A stretch of DNA of 64,000 nucleotides. Origin: Pecten maximus (lineage: Eukaryota). Each line of letters starts with the position of its first letter. The first letter of the stretch is position 1. Below the pieces are notes generated by a model that was given only the letters and a program-made list of their open reading frames with translations, searched no databases and was not told the origin of the DNA. A program made the translations under genes and the position numbers. Below, piece by piece: positions 52,766 through 63,826 of this stretch. The stretch is from positions 15,748,001 to 15,812,000 of the forward strand of contig NC_047019.1 in NCBI RefSeq assembly GCF_902652985.1, in the 5' to 3' direction.

Positions 52766-53462
52766 TCTGCCGCTGTGTTAAGCTACGTAAGTACATGTAT
52801 CTATCGCGTCGGGTAATTGGTCGGTCGGTTTTACGCTAGACCTCCGATGCGCATGTCTGTTGTCTCAGCAGTCGCATCGGGGAGTCTTCCTCCACTCCAG
52901 TCATCTGTGCGGCAGTATTATTGTTTCGCCAGATAGCAAGGTAATATTTTACCCCTTTGGAAGCTCCATAATTTTGTTAAATGTTTTAAATTGTTAAACG
53001 GCACCAGACACGTTACATTTATTAATAATTCATTTAAAGTATTATTTTTACTTCGTCTGCTAGGGGTTGCCCCTAGTAGAGCCCCGAATAGTCCCCCAAT
53101 CGGATGCCCCGAATGGGAGTGACGTATTAGGGGGATTTCCCCCAACATTCTCGGGGAAAGCCCTAAGTCCCCAACTTACGGTCCTCAACATTTAGGCCGA
53201 CCAGTGGCCCCGACTATATTATTTATGTAATCTGTACATACATATAAATACTACTTTAATATATAATAAACATTACACGATTATTTTATATAAATCGTTT
53301 GTTATTTCTTCATGAAATTCGGATTGACCTACTAGGACGAGGAAACTTTGTTTACACCGTTCATTGTTTACTTTCCTCCTCCCAGTGACATCTAGGAGAT
53401 TACAAACTCATTATTGTCTGCAGCGCCTCAGGGCTAGGTTCTAGACCCCGTAAAATGCAGCA
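52766..53462 (+). repeat. Gypsy A 5' LTR, right part
   Basis: Matches ~61137-61867 and ends aaaatgcagca. Confidence 0.93.
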
Positions 53463-53464
53463 AT

Positions 53465-53479
53465 TGGTGGCAGCGATGG
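53465..53479 (+). other. Primer-binding site of Gypsy A (tRNA-Leu-like)
   Basis: TGGTGGCAGCGATGG, 2 nt after the LTR, complementary to the 3' end of tRNA-Leu (...CCACCGCUGCCACCA) with one mismatch. Confidence 0.85.
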
Positions 53480-53617
53480 AAGCATTTTCTTTGAATTTAT
53501 AAACAAGTGTAAACTGACGCCTGGTGCTAATATTATTTATTTGTTTGTTATATTTACAACAATTTGTTTTGTTGAAAAGTTGTTTTTTTACCTGTGAAAC
53601 TGTGAACCATTTACAAA

Positions 53618-54616
53618 ATGGATGGGTCTGGGACTGTAAGTTTCCCTAATTTACACAATGGAGAGTTTTATGAGACTGTTGATGAGACAGATTCTTTAAA
53701 TGCAAGTCTTGATCATAATTATGATCAGAGTGAAGCTTCTCACTCCAATGGAGGTTTAGCTGGTATTGAACTGATGAATCAATTAAAGTCATTTGTTAAT
53801 GATGCAAAAGATCAGTTTGATGAAATTCAGTCCAGTATGACTGAAATGATGAAAAAACAGCTGTCTGAATTTGAAAAAGATATGGACAATATTCGTAGAA
53901 AGAAAACTTCTGTTTTCTGCAAAGACACTGATTCGAAAATGCAAAATTCTTCTCATCAGTCTCAACAGAACTCGCCACAGGTTAATTCTTCAGAGGTAAG
54001 CAGAAGTTTTGTTGTAGAACATGGTGTTGATAGAAATACAAACCGGCATGGCACCCATGAAATGTCAAATAGCACTCCACAAGGTGTTCGGGCACAAATA
54101 CATACTGATCTCAATAATGCTCAGAACAATGAGCCTTATATTAACTTTGGTTCACATGTAAGCCATAGAACAGAGAGACCTAGTGCCTCTGTGAAAAGTG
54201 TTTTGAAACCACAATCATATGATGGTAGAGATGATCTTGAAGATTATCTAACTCAATTTCAAATATTGTCTGAAATTAACAATTGGAGTTACCCTGTCAA
54301 GTCACTGTATTTGGCAGGTAGTTTGAAAGGTTCTGCTCGTGCATTACTTAGTGAGTTATCCTCAGCTCAGCAACGAGACTATGATAGCTTAGTACATGCA
54401 CTCAACAGTCGTTATGGATCTGCGAACAAAGCAGAGGTATTCAGAGCACAGTTACAAAGTAGAGTTAAAGGGAAGAATGAGACCATTCCAGATTTAGCTC
54501 AAGCAATAAAGAAACTTACAAGACAGGCATATCCTTTAGCACCATCATCTGTCATTGATGTTTTGTCACTGGATCATTTTATTGATTCTATCAAATGTCA
54601 CAATAATGAAACCTGA
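53618..54616 (+). CDS. gag: Gag of Gypsy A (C-terminally deleted)
   Basis: KPQSYDGRDDLEDYLTQF..NNW..LAGSLKGSA..L..RYG..FRAQLQSR..ETI..LTRQAYP..HFIDS. No zinc knuckle is visible. Confidence 0.85.
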   Translation: MDGSGTVSFPNLHNGEFYETVDETDSLNASLDHNYDQSEASHSNGGLAGIELMNQLKSFVNDAKDQFDEIQSSMTEMMKKQLSEFEKDMDNIRRKKTSVFCKDTDSKMQNSSHQSQQNSPQVNSSEVSRSFVVEHGVDRNTNRHGTHEMSNSTPQGVRAQIHTDLNNAQNNEPYINFGSHVSHRTERPSASVKSVLKPQSYDGRDDLEDYLTQFQILSEINNWSYPVKSLYLAGSLKGSARALLSELSSAQQRDYDSLVHALNSRYGSANKAEVFRAQLQSRVKGKNETIPDLAQAIKKLTRQAYPLAPSSVIDVLSLDHFIDSIKCHNNET

Positions 54617-57600
54617 AGTTTTCAAGAAAATACCAAATATTTCTGATATAGAAGTGACAGATGTTAATTCAACACTTGTTACTGCGACTGGTGAGTCTTC
54701 TCCATTCTATAGGAAGGCAGATATGTTTATAGAAATAGGAAATCATAAAATGCAACATTGTGTGTTATTAGCAGACATTAAAAATGATGTCATATTGGGG
54801 GTGGATTTTATGGAGAAACATAAATGTGATGTATTGTTAAGCAAGAACTGCTTGTCAATAAATGGTCATAAAGTGCCATGCTTTCAGATATCAGACTCAA
54901 ATGTTCTTACATGTTGTAGAATAGCTATTGACCAAAAGGTGACTGTACCTCCCGAGGCTCAGATGATAATTCAAGGTAGACCAATTGATACCTTGTCTAG
55001 TGGAAAGAGTGGTGTATTAGAAACAGCTCCTTCATTTAATGAACGGAGTGGGTTGCTGGTAGCAAAATCATTAGTTGATCCCTGTAAAGGAGTGGTACCC
55101 ATACGGGTAATCAATCTATCTGAACAACCTCGGGTTATTCATAATTCTACCATGTTTGCTATGCAACGCCAGTTTTGATTAGTTTAAAACCATGTATTAC
55201 TTTCCAATAACCCACGCTCGTGCCAATAATACACAGTCGTGAGTCACGGCTGTTACAATTTTATATATCTAATATTCACCCCTTTTATAAAAGGTAACTA
55301 TAGCCGAGTGGGCTAATGGGTTAGTCTTTCAATTTATTTTTATCACGACGCGAGTTCGAATCCTACGGAGGCCCCCCCTTTTTTTTCTTTTTTTCTTCTT
55401 TTATTTTTATCCTTTTTTTTTTTAATTTTCAAAATCAATGCCATATAATTGATGCTTTTGATCATAGTACTGTATTGCCTGTATATTTCATCAACAAATA
55501 ATGCAATACTCAAGAAATAAATTACAAGGTTTTCTTGGGGTTTCTTTGCTGGTTTTCTATTAGAAAGAGGTCGATCTCAGAACTAAACAGTACATGGTAG
55601 AATAGAAATAATCAACTTTGACTCGTGTATTGTTGCAGGATATACAACTTGGAATCGGATATTTTGCAATTTTAATTAATAACTCAGGCCTGCGGCCTTC
55701 GTTATTAATTTAATTGCAAAATATCTTCGTCCTCGTTGTATATCCTGCAACAATACACGAATCATCGTTAATTATTTCTTAAATATACAGTAGCTGCAGT
55801 CAGTGAACAAGTAGATGAAGATATGGTGTTCAGAACTGAAAATATCAGGAATATCAATATTAATGAAACCAGTGATATTAAACAATGTGGAAAGAAATTG
55901 CCAAAACATTTGGTAAACATGTATACAAAGAGTAGTGAAAATCTTGACACTGAACAAAGAGAAAAACTTAAGCTGTTGTTGGAAAAACATCAACATTCTT
56001 TTCCCAAGTCATCTACTGATATTGGTTGCACTAACTTGGTTGAACATACAATTAATACTGGTAATGCTCCCCCTATCAAGCAGAGGCCAAGAAGGGTTCC
56101 TCTGGTAAAAATGAATGAGGCTGAGGCTGAAATAAAAGATATGGCTGAGAGTAATATCATTGAACCTTGCTCTGGTCCTTGGTGCTCTCCCACTGTTCTG
56201 GTCCGCAAAAAGGATAATAGTATCAGATTCTGTGTAGATTATAGAAAGTTGAATGATATCACAATCAAAGATTCTCATCCTCTACCTAGGATTGCTGATA
56301 CACTTGTGCCCTCTCTGGCTCACAGTGGTTCAGTACCTTCGACTTGAAATGTGGTTACTGGCAAGTGAAAATGGCTGAAAAAGACAAACCCAAAACAGCA
56401 TTTTCAATACAAGGTGGTGGATTCTGGCAGTTTAATGTCATGAGTTTTGGACTTTGTAATGCTCCAGCCACTTTTGAACATTTAATGGAACATGTTTTAA
56501 GTGGGTTATCATGGAAGACATGTCTAGTATACTTGGACAATATCATTGTTTTTGCAAAGTCATTTAATGAACAGTTAGAAAGACTAGATGAGGTTTTTAC
56601 CAGACTTCATGAAGCTGGTCTCAAGTTGAGTCCAAAGAAATGTACACTTTTTCAGAAAGAGGTTGACTTTCTAGGTCATATTGTTAGTGGAAAGGGTGTT
56701 TCTACAGACCCTAAGAAAATAGCTGCAGTGAAAGACTGGCCAGAACCAAAGAATGTGAAAGATGTTAGAAGCTTTCTTGGTATATGTTCGTATTATAGAC
56801 GTTTCGTACGAAACTTTGCAGATATTGCCAAACCTTTGCATCAGCAAACAGAAAAGGGTCGTCCATTTTCATCGACAGAGCCATATCAGAAAGCTTTTGA
56901 CACATTAAAAACTGCTTTGACAACTTCTCCGATACTGGGATACCCAACATCTGAGGGTCCTTTCATAGTTGATACTGATGCAAGCAATGAAGGCATGGGA
57001 GCAGTCCTGTCTCAAGTTCAAGGTGACACTGAAAAAGTGATTAGTTACTTTAGTAAAACATTCTCAAAAACAGAAAAGAAATACTGTGTAACTCGACGAG
57101 AATTGTTGGCTGTTTTGGCCTCAATCAAACATTTTCATCATTATCTATATGGGAGACAATTTCTCGTGAGGAGTGATCATGGTGCCTTGAGGTGGTTGTT
57201 AAATTTTAAGAACCCTGAGGGTCAAATAGCTCGATGGTTCGAGGTTCTCGCAACCTATGATTTCAAAATAGAACACAGAGCTGGTCGTTTGAATTCTAAT
57301 GCAGATGCCCTTTCTAGAAGACCATGTTTTGAAAAAAAACTGTGGACACTGCACTCGTGCAGAAGCCAAAGAACAATTACAGTCAGGGGAGACAACTCAT
57401 ACACAGCTGTGTAATAGTGTTGAGTTAGTAGAGTCAGAACATCCTATTCAGGAAGTAGAGCTAGAATGTAATGGAAATAAAACAAATGAGGTGAATATTT
57501 CACCAGCTATACTTGCTACGAGGACCTCTCAAGATAGCATGGTTGATCAGAGTATTGTAGAATTTGTAACCTTTGACTTTAAGGGTTCTACTAACACTGA

Positions 57601-59178
57601 TTATCACCATGGAGAGGCAGCGGGTGGTGAAATTAGTCAGCAGAATATGGGCGATGTCATATCGCAAGAACCAAATTCATGTTGCAAAGGAAGTTGTCCT
57701 GATTCTCTCCAAACATCTCCAGATATTACTCTGGATTCTATTAATGACACAGAATCATCTAGTGATGACTCGTGTAATGTACATGTTTGCACTAGGCAAA
57801 GATCGAAACTTGAAAAAGGAGAGACAATAGATGACCAAACCCTTGGTTCATCAAAACAAACTCCACAGAATATAGATACCGATACAACAGGAAATTGTCC
57901 TGAACTGAACAGTTTGACAGATTTGAGAGAGTCTCAGTTATGTGATCCAGATATAAGTATTGTATACCATTGGAAAGAGAAAAATGAAAGACCATCATGG
58001 TCGTCTGTTTACTCTCATAGTGAGGCAGAGAAATTTTACTGGTTTAGATGGGATTCACTGCATCTACGGAATGAGATATTGTATAGGAAATGGGAAACAA
58101 ATGATGGTAAATCATGTATTTGGCAAGTGGTTCTACCACTGAAGCACAGACCTTTTGTACTTAAACAACTGCATGACAGTGTTACAGGTGGCCAGAACGT
58201 GGTTTACGTAAAGATGTCACCTTATGGTGTCGAATGTGTGATTCCTGTGCTGCAGGGAAAAGGCGAGGCAAAGTGCCACATGCCACCTTGCAAAAATATG
58301 GTGCTGGTGCACCAATGGAAAGGATAGCTGTGGATATATTAGGTCCACTTCCACGCAGTAGGAAAGGTAACAAATACCTTCTTGTTGTAGGTGATTATTT
58401 CACCAAGTGGGTTGATGCGTTTCCAGTTCCCAATGAAGAGGCTATTACAATAGCCAAAAAGTTAGTAGAAAGAGTGTTTTGTGTATTTGGAGTGCCAATG
58501 CAACTCCACACAGATAGGGGAACTAATTTTGAATCGCACCTATTTAAGGAAATGTGTCAGATCATGGGTATAGATAAGACTAGAATGACAGCTTATCGTC
58601 CCCAATCTGATGACATGGTAGAAAGAGCCAATCAAACGATTGTAAATATGTTGAGAAACTTTATTTCGAAAAATCAAACCGATTGGGATGAGTATATTCC
58701 TATGCTGATGACGGCCTACAGGTCCTCAGAGCATGAAGCCACAGGATTTAGTCCTTGCACACTGATGCTTGGAAGGGAGATCAATCTTCCTGTAGATCTA
58801 TGTTATGGCAGTCCTACGAAAGAGAATTATACAAATAAAACATCAGAGTACACTAGAAATATGTTAGATCACTTACTGAAAGTACATGAAGTGGCTAGAC
58901 AAAACCTGAATTTGTCACACACTAGAATGAAGAAACAGTACGACAGTAAAAGTAAACAATCTACACATAATAGAGGTGACTTAGTCTGGTTATACAATCC
59001 TGCAAGACATGTAGGTAAATGCCAGAAATTACAAAACTTATGGCATGGACCATATACTGTTACTGACGCTCTGAATGACGTCATATACCAAGAGACACCT
59101 AGGTCAAAACCTAAGGTAGTCCATCATGATAATTTAAAACCCTACCAAGGTGATACAGCAAAACACTGGTTGAAATGA
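54590..59178 (+). pseudogene. pol: Pol of Gypsy A (partial PR, RT, RNase H, long linker, integrase), frameshifted and interrupted
   Basis: ILGVDF (PR); PIKQRPRRVP, RFCVDYRKLN, FGLCNAPATF and YLDNI (RT, second Asp is Asn); DTDAS..ELLA..DHGAL (RH); DILGPLP..DYFTKW..TDRG..VERAN (IN) and a GPY motif. Several frameshifts and an insertion near 55143-55780. Confidence 0.92.
55143..55780. mobile_element. ~640-bp non-autonomous element inserted in Gypsy A pol, with tRNA-like Pol III boxes and a terminal hairpin
   Basis: Removing it rejoins RVIH-KYTVAAVSEQ in frame. A-box TAGCCGAGTGG at 55301, B-box GAGTTCGAATCC at 55352, T-run near 55379, hairpin at 55623-55760. Confidence 0.8.
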
Positions 59179-59580
59179 TATGAAATTGTTGTGTTGAACA
59201 ATTTTCACTTTCTTAATTGTGTTTAAAAGTTTTGTTTTATTAAATTTGTTGTTATGAGACACTATTCAATTACAATTACCTGAAAACAGGTGAATAAGTG
59301 TGATAAAAAGTTCACATGAACTTGATTTAAAATATAATGTGAATGAACATCACAGTTAGTTGTCAGGAGTTTTAATACTCAAGCAGCTTATATTGCTTAA
59401 TTGTCAAATCAATATTGTATATACTATACTATGGAGCAGATCCATACTAATGATAATGAGTATTTCCCTGTAATCAGATAAATATGTACTGTAAAACTAC
59501 ATATAATGGTATACATTGTATGAAAATTCCTATGTCTTAAGGAAAATATATAACTTACCCAGTCCCTCATCATCTTTCAG

Positions 59581-59988
59581 ATGAGACTTAAGTGCACCTT
59601 GTGCCCTCTCAAAACTTTCACAAAGATGGACCATGCCCGGCGCCATCTCCTGGAGCAGCACTCCATGTTGGGATACATGTGCCCAGTATGCCAAAGGACA
59701 TTCAATCGTCCATATGCCAACCAGGAGGGTTGCCGCAATGGCATCAAGCCTGCCAACTTGATTTTGTACTGCCGCCAGACGGGGAAACAAGGAGCAGAGG
59801 CGGGTGCCCTTTTGGAGGCATTCCGTAGACGCATACCATCTTTAAAAGCTAAGGAGCCAGAGGAGTTCCCAAAGTTTCCACAGCCAGTAACCAATCAGGA
59901 GATCACACCAGCCAAACGCCCTAGGACATGCACGGACCTTGAAGACATCCTTGAAAAAATTAGATATTTTGTGTTAGATCTAGGCTAA
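59581..59988 (+). CDS. Accessory ORF of Gypsy A: 135-aa C2H2 zinc-finger protein with NLS-like motif
   Basis: GC-rich island between the integrase stop and the PPT, with an acceptor ctcatcatctttcag directly before the ATG. Motifs CTLC-x13-H-x4-H, CPVCQRTFNR....C and PAKRPR. Confidence 0.7.
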   Translation: MRLKCTLCPLKTFTKMDHARRHLLEQHSMLGYMCPVCQRTFNRPYANQEGCRNGIKPANLILYCRQTGKQGAEAGALLEAFRRRIPSLKAKEPEEFPKFPQPVTNQEITPAKRPRTCTDLEDILEKIRYFVLDLG

Positions 59989-60894
59989 ACAGTTACATTT
60001 GGAGATACATACTGTACATATTTTTGGGAATTTTAGATTTAGATATTAGTCATATTGTAACATCTGGGATAGTCGGGGGATATTAAACTATACATAACAG
60101 GTTTAAACTACATTGTAAGCTACTCTGTTGTTATGTTAACTTACAGTACCTGTTATTAGAAATTCATTTGTTTTCTTAAATTCTTATGCTTGTCATAATA
60201 GTTTTATATATCTTGAAGTTGTGTTATTGTTAATTAACTTATTATCAGGAATGGGCAGAACATGTATTGAATACAACCTGTTCTTGTAAAAGTGTTATAT
60301 ATTAATTTAACTGTAATTTAAGAGTTCCAATGCTATTTTCTCTTAAACAGTTGAAGATATTAAATATCATTTGTTGTTAATGTTACACTATGCAATTGTA
60401 AACAGTTGGATAGTATCTATAGTAGTATCGAGATGTTATTGTTTGGTACTACAATGTTATTGTTATTGGTTAATTGATATTATTCGCAGCTACTGAAACA
60501 TTCAGTATTAACATTTTATCAATAGTAATGCTCTTTACATTATTGAATTTAATTATAATCAATGATATTGTTATTACAGTTGAAATTGAAGTGATCAAAG
60601 TTGTGTTCTAATATAAAGTTAAATGCTTCAATTTCCATATGTCCATCACTGCGTGACATTCATGGCAATGTTGTTACTGTAAGAAGATTTATGACAGTTT
60701 TTAAATATTCGTGTCTTATTTTGTCTCGGAAGACATTACATGCTATTAAATGTTATGCGAGTGTCGAGTCACGGATTCTTATAGGGCATACCTGTCGTAT
60801 GTACATCCATTATCGTTTTATAGGTAGATATTTTCGTCGTTATCTTATTATCCTCTTTAATTTGGAGACCAAATGTTGTCTAGGAGGAGGGCAG

Positions 60895-61867
60895 TGTTAC
60901 GAAAATGTGTGTATTGTTAGTCTACTGTTACAGTAGTGTTAGATCAGCTGATTGTAGCTCGCTATCTAAATTGTTGTTTTACTAAGTATTTACGCTATTC
61001 CTATGTATTAAATCTAGGATAGTATCTAAGCTTTGTTATAACAGCAATCGCTAGGTCATATTTACGTCTAAGTATCCTCTAATGCTGTCAGAAGTGATTT
61101 AATACGTCCTCTTCTGGGCGCTGACATCTCTGTTTATCTGCCGCTGTGTTAAGCTATGGAAGTACATACGTAGGATATCATTGGTTGATTGTATCTATCG
61201 CGTCGGGTCATTGGTCGGTCGGTTTTACGCTAGACCTCCGATGCGCATGTCTGTTGTCTCAGCAGTCGCATCGGGGAGTCTTCCTCCACTCCAGTCATCT
61301 GTGCGGCAGTATTATTGTTTCGCCAGATAGCAAGGTAATATTTTACCACTTTGGAAGCTCCATAATTTTGTTACATGTTTTAAATTGTTAAACGGCACCA
61401 GACACGTTACATTTATTAATAATTCATTTAAAGTATTATTTTTACTTCGTCTGCTAGGGGTTGCCCCGAGTAGCCCCAAGTAGGCCGAATAGTCCCCCAA
61501 TCGGATGCCCCGAATGGGAGTGACGTATTAGGAGGATTTCCCCCCAACATTCTCGGGGAAAGCCCCAAGTCCCCAACTTACGGTCCCCAACATTTATGCC
61601 GACCAGTGGCCCCGACTATATTATTTATGTAATCTGTACATACATATAAATACTAGATCTACTTTAATATATAATAAACATAACACGATTATTCTATATA
61701 AATCGTTTGTTATTTCTTTATGAAATTCGGATTGACCTGGGACGAGGAAACTTTGTTTACTTCGTTCATTGTTTACTTTCCTCCTCCCAGTGACATCTAG
61801 GAGATTACGAACTCATTATTGTCTGCAGCGCCTCAGGGCTAGTTTCTAGACCCCGTAAAATGCAGCA
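60895..61867 (+). repeat. Gypsy A 3' LTR (973 bp), uninterrupted
   Basis: Starts TGTTAC after the PPT taggaggagggcag, ends GCAGCA, and is followed by TSD atat. Confidence 0.95.
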
Positions 61868-62158
61868 ATATGTCAATATTGTATTACCTGATATTCCACC
61901 AAATATGTTCATCAAATCCCGTCATTTCTCATCTCTGTTTCTGTACAAAACATATGTGAGTAAACTGTATATACTCCACAGACGAGGCTAACATTCATGA
62001 AGAAAACCAAGAAAGTCTTCAGTGTAGCAGACCTTCCTAGCAGCAGGACGGAACAACTGAACGGTCAAGCGACCGCCAATCACCCAAGGGACACATTACT
62101 TTGTTATTGTTAGGAGGAGTTTCTAAGGATTTCAAATGAAAAATCTGCAAAGTAGATA

Positions 62159-62981
62159 TAGAGCAAGGGTACGTAATTTCGCACAGTACGTAAATTCGCA
62201 CACCTGACGATTTTTTGCGTTTTTCCTCCAAGTGGTCGAGGACTGTGCTTTTTTGTTTATATGTTGACTATTGCCAACCTTTAATGGAACATTTGCCGTT
62301 TTAAGTACATCTTTTCAGATTAAGTTCGTTTTGAAAACAAATTTTAACTGATACGACTCTCGTCCGATAAAATGGATACCGGATGATTAAATATTTTATT
62401 TAAAATAATCCCAGTTGTTGATTGGCATGTGAATTCGCAAATATTTAAGGAAAATACAATTTGATCAGATTATAAACAAAACTTATTACAAATCCACCAA
62501 GTATAACTAATAACAGCGCTGACCTGCAGACACCCCGTCATTTTCACCGCCTTGTTTACATTACCTTCGTAGGGAGCGGTCATTATTAAAAGCAAAAATG
62601 GCGGTAAATTGGCACTTTCCAATTTTACATTATTTTGTTTTTAAAGATTTTTTTTTTATTATGGCATTGGGCTTTATCTTAGTTTAGAATGTTGTTTGTC
62701 TACAAAATGACTGAAAACTATTTTTACCAACAAAATTAAAGAAGTTAGATGGGTGTGCGAAATTACGTACCCGATCGTCTTCAAACCCAGCAATAAACTC
62801 AAGTTAACAACAGCTCCCTTGCGCAGTGATACGTGTGCGCATATCAAGTTGCACACATGTATGTTACGAAGCATTTGTACATCTAACAATGTGACGTATT
62901 CTTTCTTGATTTGAAATTGATTTGACGGAAATGTATTTCAAAACATACCGAAAGTGTGCGAAATTGCGTACCCCCACTCTA
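62159..62981. mobile_element. MITE with ~28-bp imperfect TIRs and internal copies of the TIR core
   Basis: Left tagagcaagggtacgtaatttcgcaca, right gtgtgcgaaattgcgtacccccactcta. The core is repeated at ~62187 and ~62753. TA at both ends. Confidence 0.7.
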
Positions 62982-63159
62982 CATTTGTATATACATTGTA
63001 CAGTGTCAGTCAGGACCAGACAAAAGTCTGGTTCCAATGTGGTTTCAAGGAAGCGATTGACGTTGACGCCTCCAGCCCTGAAGTCAATCAAGACAAAGAA
63101 CGCCACACCCTCTGCCGCCTATGCCAACCTTGTTCGTTCACCTGACTTTGATATATTTA

Positions 63160-63826
63160 ATTCCCAGTCATGAGACTTTGGGACAATTCCGAGTCGTGAG
63201 ACTTTGGGATAATTCCCAGTCATGAGACTTTGGGACAATTCCCAGTCATGAGACTTTGGGATAATTCCCAGTCATGAGACTTTGGGATAATTCCCAGTCA
63301 TGGGACTTTGGGATAATTCCCAGTCGTGAGACTTTGGGATAATTCCCAGTCGTGAGACTTTGGGATAATTCCGAGTCGTGAGACTTTGGGATAATTCCCA
63401 GTCATGAGACTTTGGGATAATTCCCAGTCGTGAGACTTTGGGATAATTCCGAGTCGTGAGACTTTGGGATAATTCCCAGTCACGAGACTTTGGGATAATT
63501 CCGAGTCGTGAGACTTTGGGATAATTCCCAGTCATGAGACTTTGGGATAATTCCCAGTCGTGAGACTTTGGGATAATTCCGAGTCGTGAGACTTTGGGAT
63601 AATTCCCAGTCACGAGACTTTGGGATAATTCCGAGTCATGAGACTTTGGGATAATTCCCAGTCATGAGACTTTGGGACAATTCCCAGTCATGGGACTTTG
63701 GGATAATTCCCAGTCATGGGACTTTGGGATAATTCCCAGTCATGGGACTTTGGGATAATTCCCAGTCATGATACTTTGGGATAATTCCGAGTCATGAGAC
63801 TTTGGGATAATTCCCAGTCATGAGAC
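63160..63826. repeat. 26-bp quasi-palindromic minisatellite x ~25
   Basis: Unit gagactttgggataattcccagtcat; three units give the 26-aa periodic ORFs in the track. Confidence 0.97.

Larger units (their letters stand above)
47551..61867 (+). mobile_element. Gypsy (Metaviridae) LTR retrotransposon A, defective, with nested insertions
   Basis: TG...CA LTRs (5' LTR split as 47551-47798 + 52766-53462; 3' LTR 60895-61867), TSD ATAT (47547-47550 / 61868-61871), PBS at 53465, PPT at 60881-60894, and gag-PR-RT-RH-IN domain order. Confidence 0.96.

Noticed and set aside
55295-55375. Functional tRNA gene
   Set aside because: A and B boxes are present but there is no convincing anticodon arm or acceptor stem; treated as a tRNA-derived part of a mobile element.
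59581-59988. Retroviral env gene
   Set aside because: It is too short and has no signal peptide, furin site or TM segment; it has zinc-finger motifs instead.
63160-63826. CRISPR-like palindromic repeats
   Set aside because: The units are head-to-tail with no unique spacers, there are no cas genes, and the context is eukaryotic.
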